DNA of 64,000 bases, from NCBI GenBank assembly GCA_965223425.1, contig OZ245003.1, forward strand, positions 320,001 to 384,000, read 5' to 3'. This document shows positions 46,150-55,648 of this stretch, piece after piece (the first letter of the stretch is position 1; each line of letters starts with the position of its first letter). This stretch comes from Nitrosopumilus sp. (GTDB taxonomy: Archaea > Thermoproteota > Nitrososphaeria > Nitrososphaerales > Nitrosopumilaceae). The notes under the pieces were generated by a model. The model was given only the letters and a program-made list of their open reading frames with translations, searched no databases and was not told the origin of the DNA. A program made the translations under genes and the position numbers.

Positions 46150-46797
46150 TTAGAATATGTGATTTGAATTTGCACCATCAAAGTTTATTGTAACCCCTGA
46201 CAGATACTTTATCTTATTTTCGACAATTGATTTTACAAAGTTTCCAATCTCTTTTGGATCTCCCAGTCTTTTCATGGGAAGCGATTTTTTGAACTCCTCC
46301 ATGTCTTCTACTAGTTCCCGAGTTCTGTCTGTGTTGATGGGACCTGGCGCAATGTTGATGCAACTGATGTTTTTTTGGGCATACTCTTTGCTCAAAATTT
46401 TAAAAACCTCACTGAATGCTGCACGGTATGCTGAGGAGATGATTAGTTTAGCACTTGGTTCCTTAATCACATTTGAGCTGATCAAAAAGATGTATCCCCC
46501 ATCGTTGATTCTGATGTTCTGCAAAACAGTGCAAAACCCCAAAAACAGCTGGTTGTGATATAGCTTCCAGTCCTCCTCGGTAATGGCTGCAAACTGCTTT
46601 GGGGCAGGACCCCCTGTATTTAGAACTAGAATGTCTGTTTGGCTGTGTTCATCCAGGAACTTTCTAACGCTGCTTAGATCTGATGTATCAATGTCGTTTT
46701 TAGAGGCTGCAAAAACATCAATGCCTGTGGATTTTAGTGACTCTGAAATTGCTTTTCCTATTCCCCTTGAACCGCCAAGAACAATTGCGTCAGTCAT
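46150..46797 (-). CDS. Short-chain dehydrogenase/reductase
   Basis: GGSRGIG, NTGGP, PGPINTDR. Confidence 0.88.
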   Translation of the reverse strand: MTDAIVLGGSRGIGKAISESLKSTGIDVFAASKNDIDTSDLSSVRKFLDEHSQTDILVLNTGGPAPKQFAAITEEDWKLYHNQLFLGFCTVLQNIRINDGGYIFLISSNVIKEPSAKLIISSAYRAAFSEVFKILSKEYAQKNISCINIAPGPINTDRTRELVEDMEEFKKSLPMKRLGDPKEIGNFVKSIVENKIKYLSGVTINFDGANSNHIF

Positions 46798-47928
46798 GCA
46801 ATTTTTAAAACGTTGCTTGATAATTAGATTTCTCTAGTACACAAATACTTTTTATTAAAACAAAAAATATCTCATATTATCTTGAAAAACCCTGCAGAAA
46901 AGCCTTAGAAAGGCACTCACACGAGAGAATCTAGAAAAACTCTACAGTAAAAACAAGTCTTCAGATCCCGTGTCATAACATCGGTGCTAATGGTTCTGGT
47001 AGATTTTAGTGATCCGTGACACAAAACGCAAAATGTTGATCCTCTCTAAAATCAAAGGTTACCATTATGTGTCAGGCGCACATGTAAGGAAGATCAAATT
47101 TCCGTCTTTTGTACCCTGCTGTTAAATTATGGTGATCTAGATGGGATTGTTGCCTAATTGTGCTTTATTGTCAGATTCATGATCCTCTGTCTCTCTGTAG
47201 ATACAGAACAAAGTCGAAGAATGAACAAGATTACTTGTAAACATGAATTACGCAACAACCCCGATCTAGATCCTAAAATATGCCAAAACCGCCGGGTCAG
47301 TATCGCATGGCAGTTTGAACACATGATAACCACCTCGTCGTAGTTGTAGTGATGGATCGACCCCTGTATGCATATGGGTCTTACGCCCTTGAGTTTGAAT
47401 GCATAACACGCCTAAGCCAGTCAAAAGTTGGGCAAGTTTCGTGCCTAGGATCCAAGTTATGCAACAAACTATCGCATGGAACCATTTGGGATTTGTTCTG
47501 GCATCAAAAGTCCCGATGATCCATGAATATCAGGACGTGTTTTTTGAGCACAGCATAAACCAGTATATTTTCAGTTGGAACCCTCTGCCTGATCTCGTCG
47601 TTTATTTTTCGCGGACATCTGTTCACTATGGAATAATGTGTGATGATTTCAGATGTGACTAGCGCAACCGTCTGCATTATTGCCTTGTACGTGTCATGGT
47701 GCACTGTTTTCATGTATTTTTCAAATACGCTGTTAAAGTGAACGTGAATTACTGGTGCCACGAAGAAAAATGATGAATTTGTTTATTTAACCTTGGTGGA
47801 TTTTGCGTATTTTGCAAATATTGCGTCGTCTTCCTTGCCCCAGTCAGGAGTTGGTTTTAGTTTTTTTCCTGCCATTGTCTCTCATTGCATCTTTATGATA
47901 ATTATGTGTTTCATCCGACACAGCATAG

Positions 47929-48221
47929 TGTAATATATGGAAAGTCGGTCCGCTAGTCATCGGTGTCCCTCTCCATCCATTTTGGGTTGCTTTTTCTGAT
48001 CGCTTCGGTAGCCGTTTTGTTGTGAAACGCCTCAAGCGGCTTTTCATAGTTGTCAATATCCAGCGCCCAGTGAAGCCGCCTCTCGTTGTAATAGTCGACA
48101 TACTCCTGCACCCCCTTGCGGTGAACCAGCTCCTTCTCAAGCGCCTGGAAGAACCTCTTCAGCTTGCCGTTTGTCTGAGGATGGTACGGCCTGGAGTTTA
48201 TCAGGCCGATGCCCTGCTCTA
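47929..48221 (-). mobile_element. IS481-family transposase C-terminal remnant
   Basis: RPYHPQTNGKLKRF...YNERRLH integrase-core tail; TGT-type end at 47929. Confidence 0.8.
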
Positions 48222-49366
48222 TAGTAAGTACATAAAAAACCTGAACCATTTTGACAATTATTTTTGGCCAAAAGATCCAAGACCGGCCATACCGCACACA
48301 CTGCATGTACAAACAAAAAAAGAGACAGGTTGCAAGGGGGGCAAAATTTCTGCCAAACACCGGCGTTGCAGACCTCAAAAAGGCATACAAAAAAGAGACC
48401 GATCCCAGAAGGCGCGACAGGCTGCTTGCGTACATGCAGCGCAAGGACGGCGTGCCGCTAGACAGGATTGGAAGGATGCTGGGAAGGCCCAGGTCCACCA
48501 TATCTGCATGGCTCAACCGCGCACAGGAAGAGGGAATGCGTGCAAGATTCGAGCGCAGCGGCAGGGGACGAAAGCACCTGCTAAACGGGCCGCAGGCAGG
48601 ACAGCTTGCAGCAGACCTGGATGCGGGGCCAGAATCATGCGGCTTTGAGAGCAGCCTGTGGGACTCCAACCTGGTAAGGCTGCACATCAAGCGAAAGTTC
48701 GGCGTGCAGTACAGCAAAACAGGCGCGCTGCAGCTGATCAGGGAGATGGGCTTTTCGTGGAGCAAGGCGCGTCCAAAAAACCCAAGATCAGCCTCAAAAA
48801 GAAAGCAAAAAGAGTTTCAGGGGCGAGCAAAAAAACTCGTTGCAGAAAAGTCGGCGCAGGGATACACCGTACTGGCCGGCGATGCATCCTCGATTGAAAA
48901 GGCACCAAACAGGCCCGGCTACGGGTGGAGAAGGCGCGGCAAGCGCGCCACATCCCCATCTTTTTTGTCACGCGAAAGAAGATACATCTTTGGAGCTTTG
49001 GCGGCAAGCGCATTTTACTTTATGTTTTATGAAAAGCCAGACAGCGACGGCTTTTGCAGCTTTTTGGAACGGGTTCACAAAAGATTCGGCAAGGTGGTGC
49101 TGCTGTTTGTAGACAATGCGTCATATCACAAATCCAAAAAGGTAAAAGAGTTTCTGGAAAGATACAACGGCGAGATAGTTCTGGAGTACCTGCTGCCGTA
49201 CACGCCGGAGCTTAATCCCATTGAGATGCAGTGGAGGGTGATAAAACGGGTACTGTCTGCAAAGGTGTTTGGCACGCTAGATGAGATGGAGCAGTCAGTA
49301 CGCACGCTGTTTGCCAGAAAGGAGATCCTGCCTGTGAAAATGTTCAATTATTTAATGTGCTAACTA
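48222..49366 (+). mobile_element. IS630-family element A, intact (transposase 48251-49363)
   Basis: Near-identical to 17285-18426. Confidence 0.95.
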
Positions 49367-49676
49367 CACCAAGATCATCTTTTGTTTCCTGAATGGCAAC
49401 AACATCAAATTTTTTGTAACAGCTCGAGTTTCTGAAGTGCCGTGCCTAAATTGGATGTAAAATCTGTGATTTTGATGTGTTTTACGCATGCAACTTCATA
49501 AACTCGATCAGTTACAATTTTTTGCATATTTCGCTAATGTATCGAATAGCCTTGTCTGACTTGTTTTTGTTCAGGTTACGGATGTTCCATGTGAGAAGAT
49601 GAAAGCGGTTAGAATGTAGTGGAGGTATCCTTTCATCTTTAATTCTAGAACGTAAATTCCTTAGCTCACTATTCAT
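49367..49676 (-). pseudogene. Endonuclease/exonuclease/phosphatase (EEP) family gene, 5' remnant
   Basis: After removing the MITE reads MNSELR...FHLLTWNIRNL...ICKKFDVVAIQETKDDLG; cut by IS630-A. Confidence 0.75.
49416..49515. mobile_element. 100-bp MITE with IS66-type ends
   Basis: TIR GTAACAGCTCGAGTTT / GTAACTGATCGAGTTT; 8-bp TSD AATTTTTT. Confidence 0.85.
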
Positions 49677-49827
49677 TAAAGACATTCATGAATCACCAAT
49701 GCATAAATAATAAAAATTTTTTGTTCACGCAAAAATCACGGAACATATGATCGAAATCACCCAATTTGGACAGCACCAAATTTAATATTAATTCATATAG
49801 AATAATTTTAACATAAAAGCGATCAAG

Positions 49828-50283
49828 ATGGAGAATGCAGGAAAACTAGGAGTGATTGTGGTAGTTGGGATCATTCCAGTCTTATTATTTTTGGCAACAG
49901 TTGGAATAGAAATTGAGATCAATTCTAAACTTAGTTGGATCATGGTTTCAATTTCTATTTCAAGTGCGTTAAGCATACCTTTTGTTTATGACCACATTAA
50001 ACAGAATAGAAAGAAGAATAACGCTAAGAAGTTTATTAAAAAACATAGAGACTCAATTGACCATATCAGAAAAAATGATACGGATTTAGAAATGATCTTA
50101 AACCAAATTGTAGAAGACCTTGAAAATATAGAACCATACATAAGAGAAGCTTATAATGAATTTGATTACACAGCATACATTAGAAAAATATCATTCATTA
50201 AAAAATCAAGAAACAAAAACAAACTAGAGGAATATTACAAGTTAATAAAATTAGAAACAGAGGATTTAGTAAGGCATTATTAA
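49828..50283 (+). CDS. Hypothetical protein with two N-terminal TM helices
   Basis: 151-aa AT-rich ORF. Confidence 0.6.
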   Translation: MENAGKLGVIVVVGIIPVLLFLATVGIEIEINSKLSWIMVSISISSALSIPFVYDHIKQNRKKNNAKKFIKKHRDSIDHIRKNDTDLEMILNQIVEDLENIEPYIREAYNEFDYTAYIRKISFIKKSRNKNKLEEYYKLIKLETEDLVRHY

Positions 50284-50496
50284 TTTCCAACAAACTTCAT
50301 GTTCACAAGAAGCAAGTTTAGAAGCGATTTGACCTTTACGAAACAACATAAAATAAGCAGAATCAGGAACATAACAATTCACAGTATCTCCAGAAGTATG
50401 ACCTGCAAATTTGTAAAATCCATCCACCTTAAAGACTTGCCCGCTTTTGATTATTTCTTCTTCTGTATGGTTTTCTATTGGATTTTGCAAACTCAA
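50266..50496 (-). CDS. Small Cys/His-containing hypothetical protein
   Basis: 76 aa; KSGQ...GFY...C...C...WKL pattern reminiscent of YjzC-like proteins. Confidence 0.5.
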   Translation of the reverse strand: MSLQNPIENHTEEEIIKSGQVFKVDGFYKFAGHTSGDTVNCYVPDSAYFMLFRKGQIASKLASCEHEVCWKLIMPY

Positions 50497-50541
50497 CTTA
50501 TCTCACTAATTTAGTAGGGTTATTAACTTTTTATTGTTTCG

Positions 50542-51185
50542 ATGATGTGCCAGCACCTTCCGCATATGTTTACGTTTGTCCAGTACGCCGGGGTGGAGCC
50601 TACTAACAACGCGTCGGAGAGGGCGCTGCGCTATCTGGTGGTGTTCCGGAAGATAAGCGGGCAGGCCAAGGGCGGCAGCAAGGCCATGAAGCGCCTTGGA
50701 GATTTTGTAAGCTGCGTCCTGACGTGGCAGAATCACGGCAAGAGCGTGGCGCAAGAGGTACAGAAAATGGTAGTCAACTGTTTAGAGTTTATGATAAATT
50801 GATGCTGTAACATTTGTAGGGTATCTAAGAGTTACATTGGAAATATGGCAAGATTGCAATCATGCTGGATAGAGCACCAGTTCACAAATCAAAGAAAGTT
50901 AAGGAATATCTTACAAATAATAGAGATGTCAAACTAATCTGGTTGCCAAAGGGATCGTCTTATCTAAACATGATAGAGCAGTGCTGGAAGACAAGCAAGT
51001 ATGCATTGTTAGTATCAGAATATTATACAATGTTTGCAATAATGAACAAAGCAGTCTCTGAATATTATACAATGTTTGCAATAATGAACAAAGCAGTCTC
51101 TGAATATTTTAGAGTGACACAGTTCAAGCTTGATGTTGCAAATTATATTTTTAGAAATCCTGCAAAGATGTTCACGAACTTTTGA
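50542..51185 (+). mobile_element. IS66 C-terminal remnant followed by an IS630 C-terminal remnant
   Basis: EPTNNASERALR (50542-50802); LDRAPVH...LNMIE (50862-51185) with a 42-bp tandem duplication at 51018-51101. Confidence 0.75.
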
Positions 51186-51201
51186 TCGTCGCTATATCAG
51201 T

Positions 51202-51300
51202 AGACCTTATGCATAATCGATCAAACTAATATTGCGAGATGATTTTTGCCTTAGTAAACCAATTTGATTTTGAATTTTTAGTCGATTACGCATAAGGTCT
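51202..51300. mobile_element. 99-bp MITE related to IS5-B
   Basis: TIR AGACCTTATGC(A/G)TAATCGA; 3-bp TSD AGT. Confidence 0.85.
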
Positions 51301-51330
51301 AGTATAACAAACTACAATTTTCCATTCATG

Positions 51331-51566
51331 TTATTTGACAAGTCCATTGTCATAATCACTAATGAATTCATCCCTATCAATCATAATTTCACCCAACAAT
51401 CCTAAGAGCGTTCCAATTTTGAGCGTATTGTTTCCTGCAGGAACAGTTATGAATATGCTGTCTTTTCTCAGCCTTACATGACTCCCTTTCTGCCTTAATA
51501 TGATAAACCTTTTTTGGTAACATATTTTATCATCGTATTACCTGAGATTCTAGGAATCTTAGTCAT
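51331..51566 (-). pseudogene. hicA: HicA toxin, frameshifted
   Basis: MTKIPRISG..KKG / IILRQKGSHVRL...VP...LKIGTL; 236 nt, one base short of an open frame. Confidence 0.8.
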
Positions 51567-51781
51567 TTGTGATTCTGAACAATCAACATATTAAAATCAG
51601 TTATACCATCATCATCTTCTACTGACACTTCTACTGCTTCTTTCATATTTTCCATAATTTCTCCATATGTCTCGCCTTGTGAATAAGCATGTAGCTCATC
51701 ACATTTGCCTACAAAACCGCCATCAACTTTATCAGGTGTTATGATAATGGTGTATGTCTTTTTCTGTATTGTAGAACTCAT
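51563..51781 (-). CDS. hicB: HicB-like antitoxin (short form)
   Basis: YTIII..DGGFVG.CDEL.AYSQGETYGEIMENMKEAV; ATGA overlap with hicA. Confidence 0.85.
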   Translation of the reverse strand: MSSTIQKKTYTIIITPDKVDGGFVGKCDELHAYSQGETYGEIMENMKEAVEVSVEDDDGITDFNMLIVQNHK

Positions 51782-52075
51782 GATGTAACATTGTTGTAAA
51801 AAGTATTAAAAGTATTACTAGTCTCATGCGTAGTTAGGTCATTAGAATCAGATCACACCCAAGACAATAATCCCTGATCAAGGAATCTAAGATCTGGCAG
51901 AACCGTACCGCTCCATGAAAGAATCAGCAATACCTGCAGGAAGCGACTTTCTGTCAAACACCCGCGCATGTCATACCTGCGACAGGCCCAGAGAGTGGAG
52001 GCAACCCCCAAGGCTGCGGCCAAACTGCCTTGGTTTTAGGTCACATTCTGGCAGGATCAATAGATTTTTAAAAAT

Positions 52076-52579
52076 TTGCCAAAAAAATACTGTGTGACAG
52101 AAAAACTGCATGACTCACAGGTGCTTGACTATTTTGAGGTGACCATGAAAGACTTTATCGTGGAACGGCTATCTGACACGGATAACTGGTGGAACGCATG
52201 CATTCCTCCAGAGATAAGAGAAGATGCATCACAGAGACATCAAAGGACAAAGAAGATCAACGATGTCCTAAACAAGCCAGACTATGGAATAGTAGAATAC
52301 ATCAACTTTGATGGATATGAAAAGATAATATCAAGAAAGGATAACTGGAGGAATCACTTTGAGGCAGTCTTTGTCGACAAGACAGTATTTGAGTACAAGA
52401 TGCGAGTTGTACTGTCACTTAGAAACGACATTAGGCATGGGCGACAGCTTGATGAGATAAACAGGATCAGGCTTAGATTGCACTGCTATGACATACTCTC
52501 GCAGATATATGAAACAAGAAAAGCAGACAAAGATGCTCACAACGCTATGATAAAAAAACTCGGCTTCAAGACGGATTGA
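52076..52579 (+). CDS. Stand-alone Swt1-like HEPN domain protein
   Basis: NWW...IP, YINFDGYEKII, NW..F..VF and RNDIRH (RxxxxH). Confidence 0.75.
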   Translation: MPKKYCVTEKLHDSQVLDYFEVTMKDFIVERLSDTDNWWNACIPPEIREDASQRHQRTKKINDVLNKPDYGIVEYINFDGYEKIISRKDNWRNHFEAVFVDKTVFEYKMRVVLSLRNDIRHGRQLDEINRIRLRLHCYDILSQIYETRKADKDAHNAMIKKLGFKTD

Positions 52580-52685
52580 CGTACCTGCACAAGAATCACC
52601 AATACAGGGCTTGCAACCTCAAAAGATACACAACTGAGAGAAGTTCAAAGCAGATCATTCTAAAATTTCTGCCTGTAATTTTTGA

Positions 52686-52943
52686 TCAGAATTTTTTTGT
52701 TACTTGGATTTCCTTAATTTCTGTAATTGTTCCCTGAACAGAATCCATCTTGATGATGGCCTTTTTTTCATCCCATCCTAACGCAACATACCAGTCTCCT
52801 GCATCATCATCGTATTTTGTTTCCAATGTTTTGGTGTCTTTTGGCTTTACGCCGTACTTTTTGGCAATGCCAGATACTGCAAGTGCTATCGCATCTTTTT
52901 CCTTTTCCAGCCTTCTTTTCATTAATCCTATTCCGGGACTCAC
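52686..52943 (-). CDS. Thaumarchaeal-type small hypothetical protein
   Basis: 85-aa ORF, PepSY-like WYVALGW...MDSVQGTI tail. Confidence 0.65.
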   Translation of the reverse strand: MSPGIGLMKRRLEKEKDAIALAVSGIAKKYGVKPKDTKTLETKYDDDAGDWYVALGWDEKKAIIKMDSVQGTITEIKEIQVTKKF

Positions 52944-53141
52944 AATAGCTGTAAACTGTAATATCTAATATAGTTAATTGACCGTGGGCCAACTCTGACA
53001 GATCCGAGAATTTTTCCCACGTTGCAAAACACTGCTTTGTGCAGCTTGCCTGCATTCACTACAAACCCGTGTCTTTCTTGTATTAATTGGGCATATGGCG
53101 TTCTGAGTGTTTTTGAAGTGCTTACAGCGGATGTCTCTGAT

Positions 53142-54623
53142 TTACAGCGTAATTGAACCGTGTTGATTGACAGTGGTGACATTTGAATGCCATTTTTTAT
53201 GATACTCGTCCTTCTTTGTATGGATCGGGATCAGTGATTTGGCATTGGCATTATCTATCACATACTTGATTTGCTCCCCGTCTCCGTGACCAGAAACATG
53301 GATTTGGTTCCAATCCTCCTCTTTTTTGAGTACGCCAAAGTGAACAAACCAGTTTCTAACCTGCTCGTCTTTTAACTCCATTTCCACATCAAATGGTTCA
53401 GTCAGCGAACGAATGTATGTAGAGCCTTCGATGGGTTTTATGTCAATCAAGTCCTGCAATCTAAAGTCACTGCAAAAAAAGACGTACTGGTTTTGTTTTT
53501 TCTTGATATCCATATAGTTGACCGCGTTTGGATAGCCTAAAAATTCCTGTTGCCAAATCCTATAGTCTGCAAGTAGCTGCTTTTCTGAAAATATGTCAAC
53601 ATTCTTATCAATTAATCCCCAAGAACCCCTCTGAACGTATATTTTGATATTTTTGTCAGTTGGAGATGGATATTTGCCCCTTAAGGATTCTGACTCGTTA
53701 AACAATTTCAGCAGATATGCCTGCTTCATATCTATTACTAGATCTCGGTTACTGTTTTTTGTTGCGATGTAAAATGATAATAGCCTGTCAAGATCCCTGA
53801 CAGGATAACCGCAAATCGCCAAGCCTTTTGTCTTTTTTACAATGTCTGCAACCTTGGATTCGACGTCATACTCTGTATCTGACGGTCTTGCATCAACCCT
53901 AGTTCCCTCACACAGTAATACATCCAAATCTGATTCTGCGCAGCGCCGTACAAAATTTTCTGTATCGTCTTTTCGCCTGCCGTGAAACCGTAAATCGCCC
54001 GTATTGCCAATGGAGCCGTCTGGCGTATGCAAAATAAATGCGTGAACTCCAGGTATTGAATGATCAACAGGTAGTGGTTCTGCCCTGATTGAGTCAATTG
54101 AGAATTCCCTCCCTGATTGAAACGTTTTGATTCTTCTGGGAACCGCAGTTTTGTCTCCACGGGATCTGATTTTTTCTCCCATTTTATTTTCATGAACCTG
54201 AAAATTTTCTTTTAGTGTAAGGTATTGATCAGAGCCTGTATCCTCAAAGTTCTGCATGATTAGTTTTGATTCTTCAGAACAGTAAATTGGAATATCGTCT
54301 CTGAGGTATGGAATGTATGCACAATGGTCAACATGTGCATGTGTAAGCAGCACTGCGTCAATTTCTGTATCCTCGTGTCCGTCAAAACCCATGTGTCTGG
54401 CATAGTCCCGCCTGTAGAGACCCTTGATTTTAGGCAATATTCCAAGTTCAAACATATCAATTAGGCTATTTGATGTTCTAGCCTTCAAAAACTGTGAGAA
54501 AAATTGCCCCTCTTCTGAGAAGGACATTCCAAAATCCATGAAAATTTTTGTTCCTTTGCTTTCAACTAGGAATTTGTTTCCGCCAATATCGTTTACGCCT
54601 CCATGAAATGTGATGCTTGTCAT
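53142..54623 (-). CDS. Metallo-beta-lactamase / beta-CASP nuclease (RNase J-like)
   Basis: GGVNDIGGN, DFG, THAHVDH, DHS, TGD, EGT, HVSGH, PIH motifs all intact. Confidence 0.9.
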   Translation of the reverse strand: MTSITFHGGVNDIGGNKFLVESKGTKIFMDFGMSFSEEGQFFSQFLKARTSNSLIDMFELGILPKIKGLYRRDYARHMGFDGHEDTEIDAVLLTHAHVDHCAYIPYLRDDIPIYCSEESKLIMQNFEDTGSDQYLTLKENFQVHENKMGEKIRSRGDKTAVPRRIKTFQSGREFSIDSIRAEPLPVDHSIPGVHAFILHTPDGSIGNTGDLRFHGRRKDDTENFVRRCAESDLDVLLCEGTRVDARPSDTEYDVESKVADIVKKTKGLAICGYPVRDLDRLLSFYIATKNSNRDLVIDMKQAYLLKLFNESESLRGKYPSPTDKNIKIYVQRGSWGLIDKNVDIFSEKQLLADYRIWQQEFLGYPNAVNYMDIKKKQNQYVFFCSDFRLQDLIDIKPIEGSTYIRSLTEPFDVEMELKDEQVRNWFVHFGVLKKEEDWNQIHVSGHGDGEQIKYVIDNANAKSLIPIHTKKDEYHKKWHSNVTTVNQHGSITL

Positions 54624-54967
54624 ATGTCTACACTTCCAGAATGTCTGTAAAATGTGAATCGGTGGTTTCTGACCCTGTGTCTAATTCTGCTGCACAATTT
54701 CAGTCCTATCTTTATAAAGTTGTCCTCAATGCCAAACTGCTCAAAAACTCTTCTCAAAAAATAACTTCTTGTAAATGAGACTGTTGCATAAACAGACGTA
54801 ATTACCAAGTTTGCAGTCAGAGGATCCTCTTGAATCCAGCCTGTGGATAACGGCAGAATAATAATTCCCAAACCGTATCCTATTGGATATCCGCCAAACG
54901 AATTGACAAACGCTTCTGATAGACTCTTCTTGTGAGAATCCAATTCAACCTCTTTTACTGTGGACAT
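54620..54967 (-). CDS. Small two-TM protein (DUF7220-like)
   Basis: S..KSLSEAFVN..GY...NL.IT..Y..VSF.RSYFLRRVF pattern; ATGA-coupled to the nuclease gene. Confidence 0.65.
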   Translation of the reverse strand: MSTVKEVELDSHKKSLSEAFVNSFGGYPIGYGLGIIILPLSTGWIQEDPLTANLVITSVYATVSFTRSYFLRRVFEQFGIEDNFIKIGLKLCSRIRHRVRNHRFTFYRHSGSVDI

Positions 54968-55065
54968 TCTAATCTCCCCGTCTGACGTGACCTTTTGTTG
55001 TCTGGTTCTTCAAAAATGATGGATGCGCATTTGCGGTATTGCAGCTGAATTTCTGCCAGTTTCAT
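54955..55065 (-). CDS. 36-aa micro-ORF
   Basis: MKLAEIQLQYRKCASIIFEEPDNKRSRQTGRLECPQ; ATGA overlap with the upstream ORF and overlap with the downstream start. Confidence 0.4.
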   Translation of the reverse strand: MKLAEIQLQYRKCASIIFEEPDNKRSRQTGRLECPQ

Positions 55066-55163
55066 CTTCCTCCTCTTCCTCTTCTTCCCTCATAAATCAT
55101 TGGCTCTTCATCTTTATCATCGTCTTCAAACTCTCGAATTATTCTTGGATACATCAAGGTCAT
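55062..55163 (-). CDS. 33-aa micro-ORF with an acidic core
   Basis: MTLMYPRIIREFEDDDKDEEPMIYEGRRGRGGR; starts 2 bp after the PIN stop. Confidence 0.4.
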   Translation of the reverse strand: MTLMYPRIIREFEDDDKDEEPMIYEGRRGRGGR

Positions 55164-55165
55164 TT

Positions 55166-55585
55166 TTAGATACCTCTTACCGTTGATGGGTGAAATGCTG
55201 TAACGCCGACAAACTGACAAGTCTGGAGAAGCATCCTGTCAAAAGTCACTAGGACAAAGCCATTTGCTTTGCATAAACTCAATATTTTATTGTCCCCATT
55301 ATGACAAATCTGGAACTGTTCTGTGATCTGCTTTGCATTTGAAATGTCATTTTGATCAATTTTGGAAAGTTCGATCTTTCTTCCTAACAGGCCTGAAATT
55401 TTGGCAATTATTTTTTCAGGCAAATGTCCCCGTACTCGTTTTACCTCCCCTAGCACAACGTCACAAAGAATGATTCTGACTGATTTTCCCCTCAAGCCGG
55501 CTTTGAGTCTAGATGCTACTCCTGGTTTCTCCATGATGTCAATTACGACGCAAGAATCCAAAGCTACGTTTTGCATCTTGTTCAT
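55166..55585 (-). CDS. PIN-domain ribonuclease
   Basis: ALDSC, VLGEV, GDNKI, LVTFDR: acidic active-site residues present. Confidence 0.85.
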   Translation of the reverse strand: MNKMQNVALDSCVVIDIMEKPGVASRLKAGLRGKSVRIILCDVVLGEVKRVRGHLPEKIIAKISGLLGRKIELSKIDQNDISNAKQITEQFQICHNGDNKILSLCKANGFVLVTFDRMLLQTCQFVGVTAFHPSTVRGI

Positions 55586-55648
55586 GAATTAACCCAGATC
55601 TGGAAAATTATTATATAGTATGTACATAGTATACATATTCCAGATACT
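55586..55648. promoter_or_regulatory. Divergent promoter with nested inverted repeats (putative operator)
   Basis: ATCTGGAA(55598)...TTCCAGAT(55645) flanking TTATATA and the palindrome TATGTACATA (55619-55628). Confidence 0.6.

Noticed and set aside
46960-47900. Degraded sequence with weak similarity to 38710-39045 (EKYMKT...YKA-like frame)
   Set aside because: Probably remnants of an unidentified mobile element, but no TIR/TSD pair or catalytic motif could be established
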